Program-made: the position numbers and the translations under genes | Shown: positions 9,582 to 17,958 of the stretch, in pieces | Numbering within the stretch: the first letter of the stretch is position 1 | Layout of the letters: every line of letters starts with the position of its first letter | Source: a virus | Virus record (IMG/VR): IMGVR_UViG_3300038443_001578 | Coordinates: 1 to 64,000 of that record | DNA: 64,000 nt | Direction: 5' to 3' (one strand) | Notes under the pieces: generated by a model | Told to the model about the DNA's origin: nothing | What the model saw: the letters and a program-made list of their open reading frames with translations, nothing else | Database searches by the model: none

Positions 9582-9658
9582 GACACATCATCAATATCAG
9601 ACGGAAGTCTGACAAAGGAGCGTCACGCGGAATAGACCCGCTTTTCATCCCTCGTGTC
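9563..9658 (-). ncRNA. Structured ncRNA antisense to the DUF3800 3' end (DUF3800-RNA-motif-like)
   Basis: Closing stem 9566-9576/9648-9658, internal hairpins 9597-9612 and 9627-9641, own consensus promoter immediately upstream. Confidence 0.7.
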
Positions 9659-9662
9659 AAAT

Positions 9663-9691
9663 ATTATATACCACGATTTAACAATTGTCAA
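9663..9691 (-). promoter_or_regulatory. Consensus sigma70 promoter for the antisense ncRNA
   Basis: TTGACA(9691-9686)-17 bp-TATAAT(9668-9663). Confidence 0.85.
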
Positions 9692-9723
9692 TTGATTTCA
9701 GATGGAATCACTTCAACTCTCTT

Positions 9724-10692
9724 TTATTCGCCTTCGAACGCCCACGTGGGATAGGTAAGCTGCTTGTAGGTCAATCGCTTACCCTGTACTCCCTTAACGG
9801 TCTTTGCAAACCGCTCTGCGTCGTTCTCGCGCCGTTCGTTGTAGCGGAACGCCTCTTCTGCTACGTACCGCTGCAGATGCCACGGAGACACTTGAACGTA
9901 CGTGCCTTTGACCATGCGCTTCAATAGCGCAAAGAAGTTCTCAAGCCCGTTTGTGTGTACCCGGTCGCGTACGTATTCGATTGAATGGTCAACGTACTGA
10001 TGGATGTGTGTTCGGCTCAAGCCCTTGTACCCAGCCCACTGATCGGTAAAGACTTCAGAGCCGGGTTCTACTGTTTCCTTAATGCGGCTCTTGAGTTCCT
10101 TCCCGCTGGCGACAGGAATAACAGTCGCGTTCACCTTGCTTGCGGTCGTATCGTCGCCCCGCTGTAGAATGCCCATCACGACAGCCTTAGTCTTGACGCT
10201 TCGACCGGTTGCGCCGTCAGTCCGCTTTGATTTGTGCTTGTTCTTTTCCTGCCCGCCGATGTAGGTTTCGTCAGCTTCGACGGTACCGCCCATATCCGAC
10301 GGCATCTGATCGCCAAACGAGAGGCGAATGCGATGAAGCAGGAACCATGCGGTTTTCTGGGTGACACCTAGCGCGCGGTGGATCTCGTACGACGAAATGC
10401 CGTTCTTGGCGTTCCCAATAAGCCACATGGCCGGGAGCCACGTACTCAGCTTGAGCGGGCTATCTTCCATGTAGGTGCCGATCTTGATCGAAAATTGCTT
10501 GCGACACTCCTTGTTCTTGCACTGCCATCGCGTGACGGACTTCATGAATGTGCAGCCGCGAAAGCCACAGAACGGGCAAACCGCAACCCCGTCGGGCCAT
10601 CGGGCTTCAACCAATAAATCAAGGCAACGATCTTCGTCTGAGTAGAAGATAATCGCCTCTTGAAGTGTTTGCGGCATGTCCGTTGTGTTCAT
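9724..10692 (-). CDS. IS1595-family DDE transposase
   Basis: RWPDG..CPFC..CKNKEC Zn ribbon, VEADETYIGG, VFTDQW, VHTNGLENF, YVAEEAFRYN. Confidence 0.95.
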   Translation of the reverse strand: MNTTDMPQTLQEAIIFYSDEDRCLDLLVEARWPDGVAVCPFCGFRGCTFMKSVTRWQCKNKECRKQFSIKIGTYMEDSPLKLSTWLPAMWLIGNAKNGISSYEIHRALGVTQKTAWFLLHRIRLSFGDQMPSDMGGTVEADETYIGGQEKNKHKSKRTDGATGRSVKTKAVVMGILQRGDDTTASKVNATVIPVASGKELKSRIKETVEPGSEVFTDQWAGYKGLSRTHIHQYVDHSIEYVRDRVHTNGLENFFALLKRMVKGTYVQVSPWHLQRYVAEEAFRYNERRENDAERFAKTVKGVQGKRLTYKQLTYPTWAFEGE

Positions 10693-10928
10693 GTATTTAT
10701 TATACCGCCAAACACTTACTTAGTCAAGTATATTATTACCTTCCAGAAATATGAAGGAGTGCCCGGATGAGACTGCGGGCGAATTAAAAAAGCCCACATC
10801 AACCATATCAATTGACATGGGCGTAAATCTATCTAACCCATTTTAGGAGATCGCCTTTTTGCAGGCGATACAATATCCCACATGGCGCTTGGGTCTAAAC
10901 TCCTCACTTCCTTATCTTGCGTGATATC

Positions 10929-12014
10929 TCACGCATAACGCCGACGCCGCGGCTTGGCCTCCTTCGATTCTGGTTTGACCAGGGCGCGGAGCGGCGCGGC
11001 ATCCCGCTGCGTCACCCGCACGTGCTCGAGCTCGTCGTGGGCGTAGATGAGCGTGGTCTTCAGGTCCTTGTGTCCGAGCAATCCCTTGGCCCCCATGACG
11101 TTGTTTTGGGCAACCCGAGTCGCGGTATAGTGGCGCAGCCCGTGGAGCGAGAAACCGAACACGCCGGCGAATTCCTTATAGCCGCGGAATGACTTCCCGA
11201 ATACGTCCGGGTGGATCGGACCGCCAAGGGCCGACAGGAACATAAGATCCTCGCGAGGCTGACCGCCCCGGCGTTTGATTTTGTCGATGAAGATCCGGCG
11301 CGCCTTTAGCCACGGGTCGAGGAAGCTCAACCATTCCGGTTCGAACGGCTTGACGACCGGGCCGTCTTCGAGATGCGTCGTCTTGGTTTCCTCGAACGCG
11401 ACGGTCTCGCGGAGTCGATCGAAGTTCGCGTACTTGAGCTCGAGCATTTCTGAAATCCGGCAACCGGTCGTGATGACGCCGGCGACGATAGCGAGATTGC
11501 GCGACATAAACAGGTTGCGCGATTCGGGGTTGATGTGTTTGATCCGGTCGTTCGACTCCTCATCCCATCGCCGCTGCATTCCCTCCAGAAGCGCCATCAG
11601 CTCGTCGTACGTCGGCTTCTTCACCTTGGGCCTCGGTGCGTCGGGCAGCGGGAACGAGGCGGCCGGGTTGCGATCGATGATCCGCTCGCCGAAGCAGAAC
11701 TCAAAGAAACTCCTCGCGCAGATGACGTCGTGACGCTGCGTCGCCTTGCTGACCGTCCGGCACTCGCGGCAAACGCTCTGGTCGTGTTTGCCGCAGGGCC
11801 CTTCGCGGCTGGCCATGTACTCGCGGAAATCTCGCTCCCGCATGTCCTGAAGCGGGATACGCCGTCCCCGCGCCCAGTCGATCAAAAGCCGGAGCTGATT
11901 GTCGTAATATTCGACGGTGCGTTCTTTGCACTTATCAGCGCGCTTTTTGTGGCGTAAAAAGGCCGAAACTGCCTCATCCCATTCAAGATCGGTGCTTTGA
12001 AGCCGATATTCCAT
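10929..12014 (-). CDS. int: Tyrosine integrase
   Basis: TGCRISE (R), HGLRH (HxxR), LGHKDL, TLIYAH (Y); adjacent att core. Confidence 0.93.
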   Translation of the reverse strand: MEYRLQSTDLEWDEAVSAFLRHKKRADKCKERTVEYYDNQLRLLIDWARGRRIPLQDMRERDFREYMASREGPCGKHDQSVCRECRTVSKATQRHDVICARSFFEFCFGERIIDRNPAASFPLPDAPRPKVKKPTYDELMALLEGMQRRWDEESNDRIKHINPESRNLFMSRNLAIVAGVITTGCRISEMLELKYANFDRLRETVAFEETKTTHLEDGPVVKPFEPEWLSFLDPWLKARRIFIDKIKRRGGQPREDLMFLSALGGPIHPDVFGKSFRGYKEFAGVFGFSLHGLRHYTATRVAQNNVMGAKGLLGHKDLKTTLIYAHDELEHVRVTQRDAAPLRALVKPESKEAKPRRRRYA

Positions 12015-12016
12015 GA

Positions 12017-12312
12017 CCGTCTGACCACCTTTCCAATGCCGTCTGAGCCTAAATATTCAGCCAGATCATTCCAATATGCACTTCATGCATATTTCGCAGT
12101 TAAAAGTAACCCTTGCTCACTGTTGTGAACAAGGGTGCGTGTCGTTGTCTTACGCAACGGGGACTACTGCCGGACTAGGATTCGAACCTAGGACCTTCTG
12201 ATCCAGAGTCGTAAGTTGTTCGTTCGGCAGTTTATTTCCCCTTGTTCAGATGGGGATTGATATTCAATTGTCTACGGACTGCGCCGATATCGTCTGAGCA
12301 GTGGTCAGACGG
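12017..12312. repeat. Candidate integrase arm-type sites flanking the core
   Basis: CCGTCTGACCAC 12017, CCGTCTGAGC 12039, CGTCTGAGC 12291, inverted CCGTCTGACCAC 12301-12312. Confidence 0.7.
12167..12210 (-). other. attP core: 3' half of tRNA-Gln(CTG)
   Basis: Minus strand GACTCTGGATCAGAAGGTCCTAGGTTCGAATCCTAGTCCGGCAG: anticodon loop, T-arm and acceptor 3' strand; 5' half absent. Confidence 0.88.
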
Positions 12313-12759
12313 CACGTCATATTCTTCCTCGGCGATGAACGGCAAACGCGGGCCGAAATGCAACTCCTCGACGGCGCGCGCCACATCATGATCGCTTCCC
12401 CATTCGGGAGGGTATGCGATCGGAGGGTGGAGGTGCTCCAGGCCAAGGAGCAACTCGAACACCTCGTGTGCGAGCCATCGACTGCGCTGGGTCGTGTCTG
12501 TGATTCGCGGGACGGCCAGATGTCCACGCTGCAATGCGTAGTCGTACTTCATGGCCGGGTGATCGAGCATCCACGGCGGGACCAGATGCACGCGCAGCCC
12601 AAGCCGTTTTGCGCATCGTTCCCAGTCCACGTATTGCAGGGGCCAGCGACCTATCAGGTCGATGATGATGCCGCGGAGTCGGTCGTCGATCCAGCGTACT
12701 CCTGCGATCGGGATTCGAGTGGGCCCGACGGTATTGGGTACTTCGTTCTCGCCGTTCAA
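12232..12759 (-). CDS. ImmA/IrrE-like protein with HExxE in place of HExxH
   Basis: VDWERCAKRLGL...RSRWLAHEVFE; probable TTG start overlapping the upstream stop. Confidence 0.55.
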   Translation of the reverse strand: MNGENEVPNTVGPTRIPIAGVRWIDDRLRGIIIDLIGRWPLQYVDWERCAKRLGLRVHLVPPWMLDHPAMKYDYALQRGHLAVPRITDTTQRSRWLAHEVFELLLGLEHLHPPIAYPPEWGSDHDVARAVEELHFGPRLPFIAEEEYDVPSDHCSDDIGAVRRQLNINPHLNKGK

Positions 12760-13064
12760 TTCCGGATCTGCCCGACGGCGCTGGCCTGGCGCAAAATGGT
12801 GTCGGACATCCAGAAAGTTATGCTGTAAACAATGTGCCCCGCCTGGTCTTCTGCGGCGGCCCGGCGATTGACGAAAATCCGGCGCCGGTGCTTGTCTTCC
12901 GGCAGTATCCCTCGTTCGTCGCCGCCGTCGTAAAACTCCACCTTGCAGGCCGCCTGATGGGCGACCGGCACCCATGTCGCGGGATCGGTTCTGTCTCCGC
13001 GATGGACGGTATCCATCCATCGCGCGACGCCGGCAGCAATAGCTTTTTGAACTTTCTGGGTCAT
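12756..13064 (-). CDS. Degenerate ImmA-like protein
   Basis: RRIFVNRRAAAEDQAGHI resembles the pre-HExxH segment of ImmA; GAGGTGG RBS. Confidence 0.45.
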   Translation of the reverse strand: MTQKVQKAIAAGVARWMDTVHRGDRTDPATWVPVAHQAACKVEFYDGGDERGILPEDKHRRRIFVNRRAAAEDQAGHIVYSITFWMSDTILRQASAVGQIRN

Positions 13065-13197
13065 TGTGACCACCTCGCTCGGTTGGTGTATGCAAGCATA
13101 TCGTACCAACCCGGCGCCTGCGACTCCGCAAGATTTGCGGTTCTCAGACAATGCCATTGCGAAAATTGTCACGATACGAGAATTCCGAACGGAGAAG

Positions 13198-13992
13198 CTA
13201 CGCCTTGCTGCCGTATGTCCCTTTGTCGTCCTCTGATTCCCATTCCGCAAACATCTTTTTCACCTGCTCGATGTTGCTGCGCGTCATGTTTCGGACGAGC
13301 TCCCTGGCCGGGGGCGGAAGACCTTCGAACCATTGGACCAGTTCATGCTTCTCAATCTGCTCCTCTGAAAGTTCGCCGTACAAATAACCCACAGGTACCT
13401 CGAGGATTTCGGCGGCGACTTGGAGCTTAGCCGCGGTGAGTGGTACTGTGCCCGCTTCCACCTTGTTGTAATTGGATTGGTCCATTCCAAGCTTATCAGC
13501 CATATATTGCTGGGTGAGCTCAGGATGACCGTGGCGTTTTAAGTGCTCTCGTCGATCCCTGAGCCGTTCGGCGATTTCGCGTGTCTTATCTGTCACCGCG
13601 ACGAGCTCCGAATCCTCAGGCACAATCCGAAAGCCTTCCGGCAGCATATTGGCAATCTTGTAGCCCTCCTCAACATCGATCGGGATGCCCATTTCGTCGA
13701 GCGCCTCGAAAATCTTCTTGACGGTCGGGATTTCAGGACGAATCGGCTGTCGGCCGGGCTTTCCGCGGATAACCCTGTGGAGATTGGAATAGTCCATGCC
13801 CGCGTATTCAGCCAAGTGTTCGAGCTTGATCTCGCGGCCCGTGTCCTGTTCGTAGGCTTCGATTGCTTTCCAGACAAACGTACCGAAGGGGCCGGCGACC
13901 TCGGGATCGAGATCAGTCCGTGGGCGGCCGCCGGGGCCGCGATTTGGGAGGGTCTTTTTCAGCGTCATCCGTGGCCTGTCGAGTACTAACAT
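13198..13992 (-). CDS. CI-like repressor with two XRE HTH domains
   Basis: LEHLAEYAGMDYSNLHRVIRG and LTQQYMADKLGMDQSNYNKVEAG; divergent from the Cro-like gene. Confidence 0.85.
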   Translation of the reverse strand: MLVLDRPRMTLKKTLPNRGPGGRPRTDLDPEVAGPFGTFVWKAIEAYEQDTGREIKLEHLAEYAGMDYSNLHRVIRGKPGRQPIRPEIPTVKKIFEALDEMGIPIDVEEGYKIANMLPEGFRIVPEDSELVAVTDKTREIAERLRDRREHLKRHGHPELTQQYMADKLGMDQSNYNKVEAGTVPLTAAKLQVAAEILEVPVGYLYGELSEEQIEKHELVQWFEGLPPPARELVRNMTRSNIEQVKKMFAEWESEDDKGTYGSKA

Positions 13993-14050
13993 TGATTTGG
14001 TACCTCTTTGCGTCCATGCTAGTACTCTCGACACAGATTATCGGCTTACG

Positions 14051-14122
14051 TTGCATGTCATGCAATGGCTCAGAACCATATATTTATAGTTTATTGACAC
14101 ATATACAAGAACTGGCTATAAT
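14051..14122 (+). promoter_or_regulatory. Lytic promoter with operators
   Basis: TTGACA(14094)-17-TATAAT(14117); palindrome TTGCATGTCATGCAA at 14051-14065. Confidence 0.85.
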
Positions 14123-14140
14123 CGTGCAGTGAGGTGAGAC

Positions 14141-14440
14141 ATGATCGACATAGAGCAGGATGCGCCGGTGAAAGATGAATCTAGACGCCTTCGTGAGGAG
14201 GTGGCCGCAGAGTTACGAAAATTAGTTGGAAATGTAAGCCGCGTGCCGGGACGACCGGCGCGCGCAGAAGCGGATCGAGGGCAATACAAGGAAATCGCGA
14301 GGCTCGCCGGGATCGACGAAACCTACATGTACCGCATCTTGAACGGCGATCGGAACTTGACGCTCGACACACTCCAAAGCATCGCCAAAGCGCTGAACCT
14401 GAACGTCAGAGTCAGGTTTTCGCGAATTAAGAAACATTGA
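14141..14440 (+). CDS. Cro-like XRE HTH regulator
   Basis: YKEIARLAGIDETYMYRILNGDRNLTLDTLQSIAKAL. Confidence 0.88.
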   Translation: MIDIEQDAPVKDESRRLREEVAAELRKLVGNVSRVPGRPARAEADRGQYKEIARLAGIDETYMYRILNGDRNLTLDTLQSIAKALNLNVRVRFSRIKKH

Positions 14441-14482
14441 CACATAGGCAAAATAATTTTTCGTGCCGCTAGTTATTGTATA

Positions 14483-14511
14483 TTGACACATAAACAATAA
14501 TGCGGTACGAT
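14483..14511 (+). promoter_or_regulatory. Promoter/operator for the rightward early operon
   Basis: TTGACA-17-TACGAT; shares 25 bp with the promoter at ~3690. Confidence 0.75.
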
Positions 14512-14725
14512 TTATGTACCGAAAGCCAATAACGAAATGGCTCGGATGCAATAAGTCGAAACGGTATGGAGGCCAAGCAGATGCAATGGATTGCAACAAA
14601 TCGAGCGGTGATGAGGGGAGTCCGTCGGTGGCTGCCGTGGATCGCGGCGGTCGCCTACGGCCTCTCTGGGGCCGCATGCAACATCATGGCGCTAATTCGC
14701 CATGGCTAGGACTTCTGGAGCAACG

Positions 14726-14953
14726 ATGATGGACTACAGCCTTGAAATCTACAGCACCAAAGAACGACGGTGGATGCTCGTTATCTCGGCCTCGCTTGCG
14801 AGCAATCCGCAGACGGCCGAAAACGTCAAGCGTCGCGTAGATGAGGCGGCCGACGAGTGGAGTGACGCCGGTTATAAGGTCCGCGTTGGGGGCATCGAAC
14901 GCACGGATGCGGCGACCCCGATGTGTTCGGAGCCTATGCTACTCGCGGCGTAA
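14726..14953 (+). CDS. Hypothetical protein
   Basis: GGAG RBS. Confidence 0.6.
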   Translation: MMDYSLEIYSTKERRWMLVISASLASNPQTAENVKRRVDEAADEWSDAGYKVRVGGIERTDAATPMCSEPMLLAA

Positions 14954-15041
14954 ACACGGCCGCCACTGCGTCAACAGCGGCGGCCGTTTGTCCCGCCAAG
15001 GGACGTTACGCATTTTACCTCTTCCCGCCAAGGAGTGACAA

Positions 15042-15392
15042 ATGGATTCACCGATCCCCACGCCTACCGAACTCGCCGAGAAGCTTAACGCTTCCGAAGG
15101 CCGGCTCACTCTGGCCATCCAGCAAGAGTTTGAAGCCGATGGCCAATACCGCGCGGCCGACGCCGCTCTGGTGATTGCCCTTGACGAGGCGCATCGGACG
15201 GCCGTCGACGATGCCGATATCGACGCAATTGCGGAACCGTATCGGCGCGCCGTTGACGACGCGGCCGAGGCGCGCCGGACTAAGGAGCTCGAAGTCAAGC
15301 TCGCCGGCATCGAGTTCACCGCGATCCTCCATAGGATCGCCATCACCCAAGTTGCCATACGAAAGGACTATCATGGCTACCCGAACATCTAA
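15042..15392 (+). CDS. Hypothetical protein
   Basis: AGGAG RBS, helical composition. Confidence 0.65.
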   Translation: MDSPIPTPTELAEKLNASEGRLTLAIQQEFEADGQYRAADAALVIALDEAHRTAVDDADIDAIAEPYRRAVDDAAEARRTKELEVKLAGIEFTAILHRIAITQVAIRKDYHGYPNI

Positions 15393-15801
15393 CATCGCCG
15401 AGCTTCAGCGCAAGCATCGTAAGCTTCAGACTGAGCTTCATGCCGCGAAGCAGTCACATCTCTTCGCCTTGCGCCAGTGCGACGAAGAGAGCGTCAAGAC
15501 CGTCGAGCGTTGGATGGAGCGGTTGGTCGTCGATATCCTTCACGTCGAACTCGAAATTGCCGGGCTCTGTGTGACCGCCGGCCAAGGAAGCGCGATCGCT
15601 GTTAATTTTGACGAACCGGGCGGCCACGACTCGCCGGAGGCGACGCGACATCTCGACAACCCCGACGGGGAGCCGGGCTACTGGAAGCGCTTCGTCGGTG
15701 ACTCGATCGCGGCTGCCAATTACGACGATGACGATTCCTTCGCAATGATCAATGCCGAGGGGGCGATCGTCGTCGTTGGGTGCCGAAAGGAGGTGGCGTG
15801 A
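15373..15801 (+). CDS. Hypothetical protein
   Basis: AAAGGA RBS, coupled to the next gene. Confidence 0.65.
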   Translation: MATRTSNIAELQRKHRKLQTELHAAKQSHLFALRQCDEESVKTVERWMERLVVDILHVELEIAGLCVTAGQGSAIAVNFDEPGGHDSPEATRHLDNPDGEPGYWKRFVGDSIAAANYDDDDSFAMINAEGAIVVVGCRKEVA

Positions 15802-16106
15802 TGTCCATTTGTTACGTTGCATTCGCGGCTTACCTCTTGTTCACCCTTGCGGCTTACACTGTGCAGATTGTGCGATCGATACAGGATCGCAATAGCCAAC
15901 GCCAAGCCGACAGAATTGAGAACGCGATCTTTTGGGCCGTACAGCATCGCGGATCTGCAACGCTGGACGAGATCCGAAAGGCTGTCGGTATGGAAATCAG
16001 CGAAGCGAAAGTCGTTCATCACATCATTGAGCTGTGCCGCAAGAACGTCATCAAGCCGATTGCATTTCTCAAATGGGGCATAGCCATTGAGGGAGGCGTC
16101 CAATGA
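15801..16106 (+). CDS. Membrane-anchored protein with possible winged helix
   Basis: N-terminal hydrophobic helix; ATLDEIRKAVG...HHIIEL. Confidence 0.55.
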   Translation: MSICYVAFAAYLLFTLAAYTVQIVRSIQDRNSQRQADRIENAIFWAVQHRGSATLDEIRKAVGMEISEAKVVHHIIELCRKNVIKPIAFLKWGIAIEGGVQ

Positions 16107-17146
16107 ACGGCCCGACAGCATCGAACGGCCCGACAGTATGGCGACGAGGCACCGACCTCCGCAACGACGACGGCGAATACCATTGGCCCCACTATATGTT
16201 CCGGCAGCCGGGACAAGAGCCGCTTCGGTGCGTCTCCGTGACCAGAGTATTGGACGATGCCAGCGGCGGCCTGTTCTACGCTCAGATGTGGTGGATCGCC
16301 GAGTACGTCGCCGACATCATGGAGCAGATCCAGGCCGAGGCCGTGGCCGCCAAGATCGAAAATCGGAAGCGTCGGACGGTCATGGTCGGATGCTGGGATG
16401 ACGAGCAGAAATGCATGGTCGACAGGCCGGCGCACGAAGTCCTCGCCGACAAACACTGGATCAAGACCGCGGGCGCGCGCGAATTGCGCAAACGCGCCAA
16501 CCGTGGCTCCGTCGTCCATGAGGCAGTCGAGGATTGGGCCTACGGCCAGCGGTTCGATTTCGATGATGATGACGAGCTTGGCAACTATGTCGGCGGCATC
16601 ATCGAAGGGCTCGGCTTCGCGCTCCCTGTCGAATACTGCAATGAATACGTTCGCCAGGTCCTGCGCTGGCTCGACGAGCATGTGAAGCGTGTCGAAATGG
16701 CGGAAGCCCCAGTGTTCAACTTCGACCTCGGCGCGGCCGGCACTGTCGACCTCATCGCCGAGCTTCACCATTACAACGGTCTCTGGATGCTCGACTTCAA
16801 GTCGTCGAAGGACGATCAGCCGACGTTCGAGTGCCAGATGGCCGCCTATGCGAATATGCGGCACGCTGGCATCAAGAACACGGACAAGCTCGTCCCCCTC
16901 CCTCGCGTCGATCACGTCGCGAATGTCTTCGTGCAGCCCGACGGCGTACGCATGCGCGAGTGGCGCGACGAGACGGATGTCCCCGGTGGCCCAATCCTCA
17001 ACCGCGCGTATGCCGCGTACATGTACCTCCTGAATGCATGGGGCTTCTTGACGCCTAAGCGTTCCGAGGCCGACGGGAAGAAGCACGCTCGGCACCCAGT
17101 TACGATTAAGGCCCCGAAGACGCCGAGAGAAAGGATAGCCGCGTAA
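16103..17146 (+). CDS. PD-(D/E)XK exonuclease-like recombination nuclease
   Basis: SVTRVL, RGSVVHEAVE, AGTVDLI, MLDFKS, QMAAY. Confidence 0.8.
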   Translation: MNGPTASNGPTVWRRGTDLRNDDGEYHWPHYMFRQPGQEPLRCVSVTRVLDDASGGLFYAQMWWIAEYVADIMEQIQAEAVAAKIENRKRRTVMVGCWDDEQKCMVDRPAHEVLADKHWIKTAGARELRKRANRGSVVHEAVEDWAYGQRFDFDDDDELGNYVGGIIEGLGFALPVEYCNEYVRQVLRWLDEHVKRVEMAEAPVFNFDLGAAGTVDLIAELHHYNGLWMLDFKSSKDDQPTFECQMAAYANMRHAGIKNTDKLVPLPRVDHVANVFVQPDGVRMREWRDETDVPGGPILNRAYAAYMYLLNAWGFLTPKRSEADGKKHARHPVTIKAPKTPRERIAA

Positions 17147-17958
17147 TGCCAATCCTCACGATACAAAAACAGGCCAAGGAAATCGGCCGCATCCGCATTG
17201 GATACAGCGAGCCTGGACGCAACGGCGGAAAGACGCCAAGGCGTTCGGACACCTTCATCCTCACGAGCGACAACAAGGCTGCCCTCGAAGCCGCCGCCCA
17301 GGTGTTCGGCGGCGAGGTCCGGCCCTGGTCGGTGAAGGATGGCGTCTTCGTGCTCGTGACCAAACTTAGCGAGATGCCGATCCTCGTCGTCGACATCCCC
17401 GAAACCCAATGGTACGAGTTTTGGAATGGCGGTGCGTGCGAGCTGCGCTGTGACGGCGAAACCATCCAGGGCCCGACGGGCTCCCCGCGCGTCGGCAAGC
17501 CGTGCCTGTGCTCCCAGAAGCACCCGAATCTCGCCGATCGCATCGCGGCGGCAGGCAAGGGCAAGGCGTGCAAGCCGACGACCCGCGTCAGCGTCATGAT
17601 CCCGGACGCTCAAGACCTGGGCGTTTGGCGCTTTGAATCGCACGGCTATTACACGGCCGCCGAAATCCCCACCACCCTACAGTTCATCCGCAGCGCACTC
17701 GGACACGGACGGGCTTTCATGCCGGCGACACTGGCGATTTCGCAGCGAAGCCGTGGCAGCAAACGGTTCCCGGTCTTCGACATCCGAATCGGCCAGACCG
17801 TGAAGGAGTTCGTCGCACTCACCGAATCGCGGGAGCACACGGCGACACCTGCGCTTACCGGAGGGGCAGTCGCCGCGCTGCAGGCCCCGACTGACGACAT
17901 CGACTGGAGCCCGAGCGACAACGGCGGCCAGCAATCACTCATGGAGGACGAGCATTGA
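17146..17958 (+). CDS. Gp3-like (recombination directionality factor-like) protein
   Basis: IGRIRIG, CDGE, CLC, CKPTTRVSVMIP, GVWRFESHGYY. Confidence 0.8.
   Translation: MPILTIQKQAKEIGRIRIGYSEPGRNGGKTPRRSDTFILTSDNKAALEAAAQVFGGEVRPWSVKDGVFVLVTKLSEMPILVVDIPETQWYEFWNGGACELRCDGETIQGPTGSPRVGKPCLCSQKHPNLADRIAAAGKGKACKPTTRVSVMIPDAQDLGVWRFESHGYYTAAEIPTTLQFIRSALGHGRAFMPATLAISQRSRGSKRFPVFDIRIGQTVKEFVALTESREHTATPALTGGAVAALQAPTDDIDWSPSDNGGQQSLMEDEH

Larger units (their letters stand above)
7452..10740 (-). mobile_element. IS1595-family element carrying passenger genes (3289 bp)
   Basis: TIRs GGTAATAA(C/T)ATACTTGACTAAG at 7452 and 10740; 8-bp TSD TTCCAGAA at 7444-7451 and 10741-10748; IS1595 transposase inside. 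Confidence 0.95.

Noticed and set aside
12167-12240. Complete tRNA-Gln gene
   Set aside because: D-arm and 5' acceptor strand are missing; interpreted as att core.
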